64,000 nt of DNA from Octopus vulgaris (lineage: Eukaryota). The stretch covers positions 6,448,001 to 6,512,000 of the forward strand of contig OX597840.1 of assembly GCA_951406725.2 (NCBI GenBank). The letters run 5' to 3'. The notes below the pieces were generated by a model. The model searched no databases. It had not been told where the DNA came from and saw only the letters and a program-made list of their open reading frames with translations. The first letter of the stretch is position 1. Every line of letters starts with the position of its first letter. Made by a program: the position numbers and the translations under genes. Below, piece by piece: positions 42,480 to 56,789 of this stretch.

Positions 42480-42821
42480 TCTCTGTTACTCACCCGCTCT
42501 GTTTTCACTCATTCATTCACTCACTCTTTCTCTCACTCTCTCCCTCTGTTACTCACTCGTTCTGTTACTCACTTACTCACTCACTCACTCACTCACTCTC
42601 TCTCTCTCTCTCTTCCCTTCTATATAATTTTCTTCTATTGTTTCCAATACAATCCCTACCTCAACCTCTTCCTCTTCCTCTTCCTACATCTCTTCACCTC
42701 CTCCTCTTCCTCTTCCTACAGCTCTTCACCTCCTCCTCCTGCATGAACTATTTATTACCACTCTCATCCTCTCACTACATCTCTCTCTCTGTCTCCCTCT
42801 CTCTCTCTCTCTTCTCTCTCT

Positions 42822-42865
<44 letters not shown>
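42050..42865. repeat. CT/GA-rich tract directly upstream of the SLC24 start codon
   Basis: About 800 bp of (CT)n, (CTCA)n and CCT repeats. Confidence 0.7.
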
Positions 42866-42868
<3 letters not shown>

Positions 42869-43167
42869 CGTTCTCTGTATGTTAATTGCGTTTTACTGTC
42901 TGCGTGTATGTACGTATGAGGAGGAGGAGGAAGAGGAGGAGGATGCTAATTGTGTAGTAGATGAGAGTGAGGGATTTTTTTTTGCAAGAAGATTAACAGA
43001 TTAACTGTACAGAACAGAACAGTTAATCCAGAGACTGGCGTTAGACCTCTTCAATTTGACGATGAATGCGTACGTTTACACACACACACAAACACACATA
43101 CACACACACACACACATACAAAAACCAACTCACACTCATACACACAAAGACGCACACAAATATGTCT

Positions 43168-43202
<35 letters not shown>

Positions 43203-43271
43203 TGCACGCAATCACATATATGCATACAAACAAGTATACATTGTACTTCTGTGTGTGTGTGTATATATATA

Positions 43272-43784
43272 TCTATATATATAAAACTGTAGTTGTGTGA
43301 GTGTCTGTCCCCTTCGATTTAGATTCCTAACTACTCCCACATTTTGCGGTGCAGTTTAACCAAAACCGGGTATCTTATAGTCGTGATTCATATCGAGCCC
43401 GTCTGAGTATTAGCGCGCGTCTACGATGAGTCTACGATTTTAAAAATAATTTAACATCATTTTTTATTCCATTTTAATGCATAATTTTTCGTGTGTCGAT
43501 GGCGGTAGAGTTGGCGTCCATGGCCACACCTGCACCTGCTTGCTTCTCCCCCTTCTTCCCTCCCTCGTGAAGCTGTGGGGAAGGGAGTGTAAGGAAATCA
43601 ACGTCGTAAAGCGTTGTCAAGGAGACCAGCGTTCTTTTAGAACAACGACTTCATGGCTTGAAGACACCAAAACAGAAATGGCTAAGAAAGCCCGAATTAG
43701 CATCTATAAGGGAAGTAACTCTCTAAAAATGCTTATATAGTTATTTCCCTTACAAACCCGAGCAACGCCGGGCGATACTGCTAG
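43272..43784 (+). mobile_element. non-autonomous Helitron
   Basis: A|TC start; same hairpin and CTAG|T end as the copy ending at 18428. Confidence 0.8.
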
Positions 43785-43806
43785 TATATATATATATATA
43801 TATATA

Positions 43807-44199
43807 TCTTTATATAAAAAAGTGAAGTTGTGTGTCTGTCTCCTACGATTTAGATTCCTAACTACTCCCACATTTTGCGGTGCAGTGTAACCAAAAGCGG
43901 GTATCTTATAGTTGTGATTCATATCGAGCCCTTCTGGGTATTAGCGCGCGTCTACGATGAGTCTACGATTAAAAAAAAAATTACCATCATTTTTTCCCAT
44001 TTTTAATGCATTTTTTGCTATTATATAGGGGAAGTAACTCTCTAAAAATGTATTATTAAATCTCAGAACGTAAAAACCTACAGTAACCCCCTTCTTTGTG
44101 GTTAGCCATATTGAGATGGCTATTATACTTTACATCTCTAAAAATGCTTATATAGTTATTTCCCTTACAAACCCGAGCAACGCCGGGCGATACTGCTAG
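43807..44199 (+). mobile_element. non-autonomous Helitron (tandem second copy)
   Basis: Same 5' and 3' modules with a different interior. Confidence 0.8.
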
Positions 44200-44379
44200 T
44201 TTGATATATATATATATGTAATGTTTTATAATTATATACATAATTATAACAAAGGACCGGCTTTACGCCACACCACGCACTGCAAGAAATAGACGCTAAA
44301 GCCCCTATTACCACCTTAAAATCTCCGAGAATAACACGCTATATTGCAGGCTAGCAAAAGAAAAATAAACGAATCTACA

Positions 44380-44673
44380 AGGTATATGGATGATCTTGGA
44401 GAGACCATCAAAACTCCTTCTAACACCAATGGTGAAAGCAAGGATTATGGAAGCCTTCACCATCTTAAACAAGGAGACCGTCGAGAGTTGTAGGAGATTC
44501 CGAAGTCGTCTGGAGGTGGTTGAAGCTAATGGCGATTTTATTGAATGAATTTACTCTTTAGTATTTCAAGATATTTTTATGTAAATTTGGTAAATATTTT
44601 TGTTAAAACGAATCGTCTGTGTTATTCTCATTTTTAGCGTAATTTAGACAACAGTTTATTCACGGCACCCTGT
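44380..44673 (+). mobile_element. Tc1/mariner transposase C-terminal remnant with TIR
   Basis: SCRRFRSRLEVVEANGDFIE*; ends ...caccctg-TA. Confidence 0.7.
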
Positions 44674-44686
44674 ATATATGTATATA

Positions 44687-44768
<82 letters not shown>

Positions 44769-44994
44769 TGTGTGTGTGTCTGTGTTTGTCTCCCCCCCCC
44801 CCCCAACATCGCTTGTCAACCGATGCTGGTGTATTTACGTCCCCGTTACTTGGCGGTTCGGCAAAAGAGACCGATAGACTAAGTACTAGGCTTACACAGA
44901 ATAAGTCCTGGGGGTCGATTTGCTCGACTAAAAGGCGGTGCTCCTGCATGGCCGCAGTCAAATGACTGAAACAAGTAAAAGAGTAAAAAGAGGG

Positions 44995-45028
<34 letters not shown>

Positions 45029-45068
45029 TGTATGTATGTATGTATGTATGTATGTATGTGTGTGTGTT

Positions 45069-45134
<66 letters not shown>

Positions 45135-45499
45135 TCTCCAACAATGACGAAAATTCTGACAATGCGATTGAATGCTATAAAATTTCAAGCTATTGTTTTC
45201 ATGTACATTCAAAGACGATCTAGATTGACTATAATTATCTACGTTTCATTAAAAATTAAAAGCAACAATAGAAAGTAATTATTGTGAAATTGCCACAGAA
45301 ACAGACCATTCTTTATTTCAAAGCACAAGTTAAAGTGGAATCGCATATTTTTCTGTATTGTATGTGCGTTACTCCAGTTCTCTCTGTTACTCACTTTTCT
45401 TCTTTGTTTTGTATCCACGCTGAAAGTATTTTAAAGGCATTGCCCTTAATGTGTTGAGTTAAAAGTTTTGCAACATTTTGGGAATTTATTTGCTTTATT

Positions 45500-45850
45500 C
45501 GTCAAATTTCTGCAAAAGTGGCCCAACATTTCATAGTAGACGTCGTCGTCTTACACCCGTCCGATGCCCTGTTTATGCCAGTTCTTTGATCCATCGTTGG
45601 TACCAGTTCCTGTCCTTTGAAGCGAAGAACTCCTTCACCGAAGCTTCCACCTGTTCTTGTTTGATGGAACTGAGCCATGGATCCGAACAAGTAATAATCC
45701 GAGTGAGTTAGGTCCGGACTATATGCTGGATTCCATTAAGCCCCTAGAGTTTATTCCGGATCATTTGTGTGGTATGAGGTCTTGCGTTGTCTTACTGCAT
45801 AAGAGCTCCTTCTGTTAACCAATGCCAGGTACTTCTGCCGCAAAATGGCA
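45500..45850 (-). mobile_element. mariner transposase remnant
   Basis: PAYSPDLTHSDYYLFGSM resembles the YSPDLAPxD motif; frameshifted. Confidence 0.75.
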
Positions 45851-45883
45851 TATATTCGCTCCCCTCGCCCTCTCTCTCTATCA

Positions 45884-45952
<69 letters not shown>

Positions 45953-46619
45953 AAGGGGAAGTTTACGAAAATAAACAAAAGACGAAGGCAGGTGGTGTAC
46001 AAAACAAACAGATGTATTAGTATAACGCTCAGGAATAGAAAAAGTCTTTTACGTTTCGAGCCTACGCTCTTCTACAGAAAGCGACACAGATAAAAAAAAC
46101 AAGGAGAGAACTATCTATTACCCAATTCTTCTTTTTTATTTCAAGTACTTGATCTGTCCGTCTCTTTGGTGTTTGTATATATACAAATATACAACGTGGC
46201 TGTGTGGTTAGAAACTTGCTTCCTAGCCACGTGGTTTCGGGTTCAGTCCCACTACGTGGCTCCTTGGAGACGTGTTTTCCACTATAGCCTCGGGCCGACC
46301 AAAGCCTTGTGAGTAGATTTGGTAGACGGAAACTAAAAGAAGCCCGACGTGTATATATATATATACTTGTGTGTGCGTGCGTGTGTATGTCTTTATGTTT
46401 GTGTTTGTTACCCCCACCCTATCACCACTTGACAACTGGTGTTGGTGTGTTTATATCTCCGTAACTTAGCGGTTCAGCAAAAAACAAATCTAGAATAATT
46501 ACCAGGCTTAAAAAACAAGTACGGGGGTCGATTCGTTCGACTAAAAAGTCAAGGCGGTGCCCCAGCATGGCCGCAGTCTAATGATTGAAACAAGGAAAAG
46601 ATACAAAAGTATAACACGT

Positions 46620-46691
46620 AGGTCTCACCGAGATTCGAACTCAGATTACTGGATTCAAAGTCCAGAGTGCTAACCATTACACCATGAGACC
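46620..46691 (-). tRNA. tRNA-Gln(TTG), variable-loop variant
   Basis: Reverse complement of the same gene, with CCAGTAATC instead of CCAGCGATC. Confidence 0.92.
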
Positions 46692-46908
46692 GTGAACAAG
46701 AAAGCACTTAAGATGTTGCTATTTCAGTTTAGCAGAAAGTTTCCCGGGCGCAGGCATGGTTGCGTGGTAAGAAGCTTGCTTGCCAACCACATGGTTCTAG
46801 GTTCAGTCCCACTCTCTGGCACCTTGGGCAAGTCTCTTATACTATAGCCTCGGACCGACTAAAGCTTTGTGAGTGGGTGTAGTAGACAGAAAATGAATGA
46901 AGCCCGTC

Positions 46909-46962
<54 letters not shown>

Positions 46963-47043
46963 GCAGACAGATATGTAGATAAATTGATAGATAGATAAAT
47001 AGATAGATATGTGTGTTCGATATTGTTTTTGTGTGTGTGTGTG

Positions 47044-47101
<58 letters not shown>

Positions 47102-47629
47102 TCAGTTCCGCTTGAAACCGGTGTTGGAGTGTTTGTTCCCCAGCCATCGCTTGGCAACCGATGCTGGTGTGTCTATGTTCCCGTAGCTTAGCGGTTTGGC
47201 AAAAGAGATCGACAGAATAAATACTAGGCTTACAAAGAATAAATCCTGGGGTTGATTCCTCCGACTAAAAGACCCTTTAAGGTGTGTGTGTGTGTGTATA
47301 GATAGACAGAAAGATAGATAGATAACGTCGGTAAACGTCGCCCTTTTCAAGCCTAGCCAGGCTCATGGGCCCGGTTTCCCAGTTTCTGTGGCGTATGTGT
47401 TCCCCCCAGCTGCATGGAATGCCAGTCCATCGCAGCGTTACTCAAGAAACAGGAAGAGAGAGAGTGAGAGAAAGTTGTGGCGAAAGAGTACAACAGGGGT
47501 CGGCACCACACCCTACCGGGGTCTCCTGGAGCCTTTAGGTGTTTTCACTCAATAAACACAGACAACGCTCGGTCTGGGAATCGAAACCGCGATCCTCCGA
47601 CCGCGAGTCCGCTGCCATTGCGCCTACAC

Positions 47630-47674
<45 letters not shown>

Positions 47675-47675
47675 T

Positions 47676-47714
<39 letters not shown>

Positions 47715-48199
47715 TGTTTCTTTATTAGCCACACAGGGCTGCACACAGACAGGACAAATTACAAGGTAGAGCTTTTCTTTTGGGGTAAAAAAAGGGGGTT
47801 TGGTTTTCGATCAAAAGGGATCGTAAAAGGAAAGAAAGAGGACAAAAAAGGGGGGGATAAAATTTTTTTTTTAATTTATAAAAAAAAGGGGGGAGGGAAA
47901 GGAAAAAAAATTAATCAATAGGGATCGTTATCACAGAAATGTCAATATGAAGTGTAAAGGGGAGGACAGCTGAGGTTTACCCGTGGAAAGAAAAGCCTAC
48001 GGAAAAGACCACGGTAACCTCGGTCAATGAAGTCACATGTTATATTTCTTTTTCTTTCTTTTTTTTTTTTGCAAATAAGCAACTCTCTGTATTAATTTTT
48101 ACGGTTCATAGAATCATAGTCAAGGTGGCTTCGTCATTCATACGTGCCATCCTTGCTACATTCACCCATCTTTTTTTAAAACATTCCCTAGACAAAACT

Positions 48200-48291
<92 letters not shown>

Positions 48292-48777
48292 TTGAGAAAA
48301 AAGTCGTCAGAATTTTGGAAAAAAATCTTTTCATTTCATTATTATTAGCGCTTTCATGCTTTTCTAGAACCTGTCAAACAAAATTTTCTGAAAAGCTTGT
48401 TTATTTATATAAAACAGATGTTTTTTTTTTTGCGGGGGTGGGGTGTTGTTTAGAAGAAGAGAACATTGTTTTTGCTTGTCTCTTTTTTTTTTTTTTTGGT
48501 GGTGGTGAGGTTCAAAGACAATGGAAATGAAATAGATAGAAATATAGCTTGGTAGATTGGATTGTTCTTTTTCTTTTCTTTTACTTCTTTCAGTCCTTTG
48601 ACTGCGGCCATGCTGGAGCACCGCCTTTAGTCGAGCAACTCGACCCCAGGACTTATTCTTCTTGCAAGCCCAGTACTTATTCTTTCGGTTTCTCTTTTGC
48701 CGAACCGCTAAGTGACGGGGACTTAAACACACCGGCATCGGTTGTCAAGCAATACTAGGGGGACAAACACAGACACA

Positions 48778-48867
<90 letters not shown>

Positions 48868-49015
48868 AAAAAGGAGATATGGAACACGAGTTGTGATATA
48901 TAAAAAAGGAAATGAAGAAAATGGTAAAAAGAACTTTCACAACCGGTAAAAAGAACTTCACCTAATTAAATTACTTAAATTACTTAAATTATTTTGTCAG
49001 CATTTTCTTCATTTC

Positions 49016-49078
<63 letters not shown>

Positions 49079-50663
49079 GACAGGCTTCTTTCAGTTTCCG
49101 TCTACCAAATCCACTCACAAGGCACTGGTCGGCCCGAGGCAATAGCAGAAGACACTTGCCCAAGATGCCACGCAGTGGACTGAACCCGGAACCATGTGGT
49201 TGGTTAGCAAGCTACTTACCACACAGCCACTCCTGCGCCTTTGGATACTTTTTATTGAAAATCTTTCTAGTAAAAGGTAGGATACTTTTAGGTGCAGGAG
49301 TGGCTGTGTGGTAAGTAGCTTGCTAACCAACCACATGGTTCCGGGTTCAGTCCCACTGCGTGGCATCTTGGGCAAGTGTCTTCTGCTATAGCCCCGGGCC
49401 GACCAATGCCTTGTGAGTGGATTTGGTAGACGGAAACTGAAAGAAGCCTGTCGTGTATATGTATATATATATATATGTATATGTGTGTGTGTGTGTTTGT
49501 GTGTCTGTGTTTGTCCCCCTAGCATTGCTTGACAACCGATGCTGGTGTGTTTACGTCCCCGTCACTTAGCGGTTCGGCAAAAGAGACCGATAGAATAAGC
49601 ACTGGGCTTACAAAGAATAAGTCCCGGGGTCGATTTGCTCGACAAAAGGTGGTGCTCCAGCATGGCCGCAGTCAAATGACTGAAACAAGTAAAAGAGTAA
49701 AAAGAGTATACTTTAAAATTTATATTGCTGTTTGTCGAACGTCAGCTTTGATTGAAATCTAAATTCAAAGTCAATCTAGACGTGACCAGCCAGCCTGCCT
49801 GTCTTTCTCAAGATGGTGTATAGTAATTTGGCGGGGACTTTGTATCTCTGTCATTCACTCTTCAGTTTTTGATCTAAATCAGTGACTGTGGTTGCTGTAA
49901 AAAACGTTAGATATTATTATTTGCAGAGGGTCTCCTTCATCGAAAGCCGGTGTTTACCATGCGTTGACGAGAGGCAATTACCTTGAAACTATAGTCCGTA
50001 TGTATCACTTAGGTTTTCGAGGGAGGACGACCTCCCTTTGCAAATAACACAAGGGCACTGAAATTTTGTGTCTAAGGCCAGCTGGTGACGTTGATCTCCT
50101 GGGGCTAAAAGCATCAGTAACACCCCACCCCAAGTGGCTAGCCACATTCAGATGGCTAGTACACTTTACGTTGTCGAGCGGTTACTGTTTATATCTCGTT
50201 CAGAGATTTATTAAAAAAATAAGCGTTAACTGTTAAAGGGAAGTAATTAAGCATGCCTTATTTTATTCTTTTTGTACTTTAAAGAGTCATTTCCCTTCTA
50301 AAAATGGTTTTGTAAACGTGTTATGCCAACACAAGTCTATTCTAGAATCATCATTAGGCGTTTGGCTCCAGGTCAGCCCTGGCAGACAAGAAGCAGGTCT
50401 AAGTCGTTCCAAGTGCAATTAAATCTGTCATTCTTCCGAGTTATCTATGGCATGTTGTCGTCGTCGACGCCGTTGTTGTTGTTGTTGTTGTTGTTGTTCT
50501 TCTTCTTCTTCTTCTTCTCATCCTGCTCCTCCTCCTCCTCCTCCTCCTCCTTTTCTTCTCTTCTTCCTTCTTTTTTCCTCCTCCTCCTTCTTTCTCTCCT
50601 CCTCCTCCTTCTTTTTCTCCTCCTTCCCTTCTCTTTGTTTTTGGCCATTCATCATCGTCGTAT

Positions 50664-50700
<37 letters not shown>

Positions 50701-50889
50701 CATAATATATATCGTACCCGTAACCTAGCGGTTCGCCAAAAGAGACCGATAGGGTCAGTACCAGGCTAACCAGGCTAAACGAAAGAATAAAAATAGGCAC
50801 TGATATCCTGGGGTCGATTCATTCGATTAACAATTCTTGCAAAGCGAACAGACTGCCTGGCTGCAGTCTTATGGACTGAAGGAAGTAAA

Positions 50890-51470
50890 AGATTATACAT
50901 ACGTATCTTGAATCACCAGCACCCTATTGCAATACTGTTTTAGCCAGGTTTAGCTGGCTACCGAGAGCAAACTTAATGCATACACGACACAGATATACCC
51001 AGCTCTGCCAATTCTACAACTAATAATACACGCTATATACAAACTCAATGCTGCAGTAAGCGAACAGACTCCGATCGACCTTACAAGACAAAAAGAAATA
51101 GTCAAGACATCAAAGAACGGACGAAAACTCCTAGACACACACAACACAATCATACTACAACTTTCAACACAATAAATCGTTGCAACCCCGTACAACACAC
51201 TAGAACCAAGAAGCCAAACAATAAATATAAACATGATGTCCTCTGGTATAATCCAATCCACGGTTCACGTTTCAACGAAAATCGCTAGGGAGTTTTTTGC
51301 TGCTCTAGGTAAGTGCTTCCCAAAATCAAATAGATATCATACTATTTTTAATAGGCACACTATGAAGATATCATATGCAAACTCCAGTAACTTACAACAA
51401 CACCTACACCCCATTAATAACAAAAAAGGAACCAAGCGTAGAATAACTGACCCACTCGGCCTCTAGCCTA
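50890..51470 (+). mobile_element. decayed Penelope-like element ORF fragment (region between RT and GIY-YIG domains)
   Basis: VSTKIAREFFAALGKCFPKSNRYHTIFNRHTMKISYANSSNL resembles the PLE motif V.T.IG..F..L..HFP....KIFNR.T.K.SYS...N. It is frameshifted upstream. Confidence 0.7.
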
Positions 51471-52833
51471 TGACGGGAAAATTACTTCCTCTCCAAATAG
51501 GAAGGATAGCAAATATGAAGAACAATATGCCAAGAAAAGCAATACCAACCTGCTGCGGCAGACCCCCCCCCCCAGCCCGAGCTTCGTGGAGCGTTAGGTG
51601 TTTTCGCTCAATAAACACACACACGCCCGGTTTGGGAATCGAAACCGCGATCCTCCGACCGCGAGTCCGCTACCCTAACCACCGGGCCATTACGCCTCCA
51701 CGTCTTCCCTATTCTTATAAATACTATGCTACACTAGTTGCCAATATCACTGGGATGCACTTTGACCACTGTATACCGCTTAAGGGGACACAATTACTAA
51801 CTTGAGTTTCTCAATAAATATCCCTCACCGTCGGCTGAAAACGCAAAAAATCTACACCTGTCTATACTGGTGATTCTCACCCTGGTATTGATGCTTTCTA
51901 TAGGCTATTGGTTTCATAACTAATTCAAGAAATACACATCTCCTATGTCGGCATTTATGTCCATGTCTACGACAGTACAATTGCTACAAGTATACCAATC
52001 AAACCCAATGAACCATGCAACAGAATCTGTGATTCCTCACCACCCGCAGTCATATCACTAGTCAGTAATAGGCACTGACTTGGTTAATATCTAACGTACA
52101 TCCTCGAGTATAGTCCGCCCTTGAGTATAATACGCAGGGGATTTTTAGGGGGCTGTACCTTTGAAAAACTTAAACCTTGTGTATAATATGCACCCCTTCT
52201 CTAACTTGAGTCGTGCGTAATTAAGCCAGCAGCACCTAGTCGAACAAAAACTTCCACGCATAATGGTGATGTTCTTAACTGTTATATGGGAATGTAAATA
52301 CGTTTGCAAATTGTTTTTGTTACATGTTATTCTCTGTTCTGAATACTTTTATTTTAATAAATGTTGCCGTACATCTTTTATTTTGGCAAGCATTATAATA
52401 TACTCTTTCATATAAAATTCACGTCTTCAATTGATTAATGAAAATTATTTACCTAGAATTTTCATTCTGTATATCACAGGTGTATAATGAACAACGTCTT
52501 ACCTGGATATTTCAAAGTGAACTCCTGAATGTTTTTAAAGATTTTGTGAGGTAAAATACAAACAACACATGAGAAACAGCAGTGGAGTATATATTTATTA
52601 AAATAACAAATTTGTAAAAAACCAACGTTTACACATACATATATATACATACACACATATGCAAATATATATATATATATATATTTATATATACACGCAA
52701 AAAGGGAAGATTGGAAAAATTTGGTATATTTTTCATTCAATGTCAGACATGTTTTATTACAGGATACGACAATATGACAATTATTCGGTAGCATATTATT
52801 CTAAACATGCCTAGAATCTCCTATTCGTAATAT

Positions 52834-52912
<79 letters not shown>

Positions 52913-52929
52913 AATATATAGATATATAC

Positions 52930-52984
<55 letters not shown>

Positions 52985-53058
52985 TAAATGGTAAGACAAC
53001 GAAAGAATGAAAGAGACCTCGATATTATGTAAATAGAGGAATTTATCTGTAAAGGCCG

Positions 53059-53119
53059 GATAACTGAAGAGATGGCGGCGTGGATTTCCACTCCGACATC
53101 CGAAACTCGGAGTTTTATC
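53059..53119 (+). ncRNA. type I hammerhead ribozyme motif
   Basis: GATAA-CTGAAGA-GATG..GTGGA tt TCCAC..CATCc-GAA-ACTCgGAGT-T|TTATC, located between (TA)n tracts. Confidence 0.75.
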
Positions 53120-53152
53120 ACGGCTACCGAATAATTGTCACATATTACATTT

Positions 53153-53217
<65 letters not shown>

Positions 53218-53477
53218 CATACAGACCACTTGTTTAAATTGTCGTACAAAACAATAAGGCACATGTGGAGGTGCACAATTCATATTCATGTTGGAAGCGT
53301 GCAGCAGAGTGCTATATGTGATAATTCATGTGAGTTAAACAAAAGAATACAAAAAAACATCCGGACCACGGTTTCGTTCGCTCGATCATTCGGTCATCAA
53401 TGCGCGGCAGTGAGATTGAAAGGTATATCTGTTACTAGAATAATATATATTGACACAAGTGTGTGTATATATACATG

Positions 53478-53511
<34 letters not shown>

Positions 53512-53585
53512 GATACATAGATACTTACGTACATACATACATACATACATACATGCATACATACATACATACATACATGCATGCA

Positions 53586-53616
<31 letters not shown>

Positions 53617-54019
53617 GTACATACATACATACATACATACATACATGCATACATACATACATACATACATACATACATACATACATACATACATACATAC
53701 ATACATACATACATACATACGGATACATACGCATATAACACCCAAACACATCGAATATGTGTGGCGTTTTTGTTTATATCCGATAAAATTCTGAAGTAAC
53801 ATTAGTTTATAATTAAAAAACAACAACAACAAGCTTCAGAGCAAGTTAAGCAAGCAGCTATTTACGATAAATGCAGACTGTAATAGGAACAGGGATAATG
53901 TTGATTTAGTGTTAGTCGTTTATGATTACATAACTTATTAAATGAACGTAAACTACGTTAAATATTAACAGAACAGCAGGAAAGTTGTAAAAGCAAAAGC
54001 GAGATTTGAAGTGTCCTAT

Positions 54020-54069
<50 letters not shown>

Positions 54070-54096
54070 CCATACATACATGCATACATACATACA

Positions 54097-54130
<34 letters not shown>

Positions 54131-54157
54131 CACTCACACATGCACACACACACATAT

Positions 54158-54198
<41 letters not shown>

Positions 54199-54405
54199 TA
54201 TATATGTATATATATATATGTACACATATATACATATGTATATATATATGAATGTATATATATGAATGTATATATATATAGTGCATATGTATATGCGTAT
54301 ATATATATATATATACTTATATATACACATGTATATCTGTATCTATCAATATATATATGCATGTATGCATATATGTATGCTTACATATGTATGTATGTAT
54401 GTATG

Positions 54406-54506
<101 letters not shown>

Positions 54507-54637
54507 ATATATGTATATATATATATATTTTTATATCTTTACATGTACATATATATATATGTATATGAATACATGTGTATGCATATGTGTACCTTTGTAT
54601 GCATGTGTATATGTACACACATACGTAAATACATACA

Positions 54638-54668
<31 letters not shown>

Positions 54669-54830
54669 GCACGCGTATGTATTAAACGTTATATTAATCT
54701 ATCCATTTGCGCTTTTTCCACATCCGATTCCTTTCTCTCTTTTCCTTCCCCAACCCAGGACCAAATAATATCAATTCAACTTAACAGAAAACTTTGATAA
54801 AACCCCCGATAAAGATGGACGATAACTAAA

Positions 54831-55082
54831 TCAGCGTCCGTGCATCCCCTGACGGTCTTTGCATTCACAGTGCAAGAAACTATTGATCTTATACAAAATT
54901 CCATTCACTGCCATGGTGTTATTATTGAGTGGTGTCATCGGTAAGTCGAACACTCTCATCTTGCCCGTTCTGTCGAGGCTAAACCGCAGCGTCTCGTCTT
55001 GCAGTGAATTCATGTTGTAGTTGGTGTTTGCCTGGAAGCCGCATGGAACAACGAACCTTTTCACCATGTGGTGTTGGAGATG
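54831..55082 (-). CDS. FAS1-domain protein, last coding exon
   Basis: Encodes HLQHHMVKRFVVPCGF...MAVNGILYKINSFLHCECKDRQGMHGR* (H2-like motif). Acceptor ttgtctag, phase 0. Confidence 0.88.
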   Translation of the reverse strand, partial: HLQHHMVKRFVVPCGFQANTNYNMNSLQDETLRFSLDRTGKMRVFDLPMTPLNNNTMAVNGILYKINSFLHCECKDRQGMHGR

Positions 55083-55347
55083 CTAGACAAAAGACGAAAC
55101 AAAAATATAAATAATGAAATACATTTTATGTATGTATATAAGTACATATAGTTAATCCAAACATGAAAACACAACAACGCGAGGACGTGGAACAAGTATA
55201 GTATAATTGGACGCTCAGGAAAGAAAGAAAGAAGGAGGGTTTAACGTTTCGAGCGGAGCTCTTCGTCAGGAACATAGAAAAGGGAAAGATCCAAGGAAGG
55301 GAAGATGGAGGAATATATATATATATATATATACATACATACATACA

Positions 55348-55434
<87 letters not shown>

Positions 55435-55660
55435 TTATATACGGGCATGACGATATATACAAAACAAATATTTAACGAAAGTACTCAATACTGAATAAAT
55501 CCATTGTAAAAAGTTGAAGGTTAAATGTTTAAAGTTATTCCCCGCCATCATGTTATGACAATATCAGGGTGGAGTCGAAAGTGTTTATCTTAGTGATTTG
55601 CCAAACATTTGAACAACAACTAAACAAATACATCAGAAAATATATCAATACGTGACATAC

Positions 55661-55817
55661 CTTTTCTAGTAAGCCTGGGTTTGACATCAGACTGTTCAGT
55701 TGTGTCCTGGTCATAGCGTCAAATGCGTCGTTGGTGGGAGCCAGTACAGTAAGTTGAAGGTTTTCCGTATCCAGTAACTTGTTAAGGCCAGCGGCTTGAA
55801 TGGCTTGACGGAATTGG
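55661..55817 (-). CDS. FAS1-domain protein exon
   Basis: Encodes QFRQAIQAAGLNKLLDTENLQLTVLAPTNDAFDAM...LLEK, a second H1 motif. Acceptor tttacag, donor GTATGT. Confidence 0.92.
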
Positions 55818-56128
55818 CTGTAAATAAGCAATGATTAATTTGATTTGGTATATAAGGGAATACATGGTGTCGCATGGAACAGTAGCCCGGGTTCCGTAGC
55901 ATTCTCTTTTACTCTTTTACTTGTTTCAGTCATTTGACTGCGGCCATGCTGGAGCACCGCCTTTAGTCGAGCAAATCGACCCCAGGACTTATTCTTTGTA
56001 AGCCTAGTACTTATTCTATCGGTCTATTTTGCCGAACCGCTAAGTTACGGGGACATAAACACACCAGCATCGGTTGTCAAGCAATGCTAGGGGGACAAAC
56101 ACAGACACACAAACACACACACGCATAC

Positions 56129-56185
<57 letters not shown>

Positions 56186-56348
56186 TACGACGGTCTTCTT
56201 TCAGTTTCTGTCTACCAAATCCACTCACAAGGCTTTGGTCGGCTCGATGCTATAGTAGAAGACACTTGCTCAAGGTGCCACGCAGTGGGACTGAACCCGG
56301 AACCATGTGGTTGGTAAGCAAGCTACTTACCACACAGCTACTCCTGCG

Positions 56349-56428
<80 letters not shown>

Positions 56429-56789
56429 CGACGGGCTTCTTTTCAGTTTCCGTCTAACAAATCCACTCACAAGGCTTTGGTCGGCCCGAGGCTATAGTAG
56501 AAGACACTTGCTCAAGGTGCCACGCAGTGGACTGAACCCGGAACCATGTGGTTGGTAAGAAAGCTACTTACCACACAGCCACTCCTGCGCCATTGTGTAA
56601 ATACAGAAATAAATTTACACACACGAAAAAGCCACCGGCCTTTCGCTTTAAAGTGCTGTTTTATTTCGATCGCTTGTGACTGTTGAACAAAGATGGTGCA
56701 CTAGTCGATTGTTTGTTATCTTACCCTCACCGCATCCTCAGCACATTAAATGCTTGCAAGACTGCATTGAGGGGACGTCTCTAGTGTTT

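Noticed and set aside
52503-52524. Possible micro-exon (cag|22 nt|GTAAG, minus strand) downstream of the FAS1 gene
   Set aside because: It lies after the stop codon, has no coding signal or good polypyrimidine tract, and is expected by chance.
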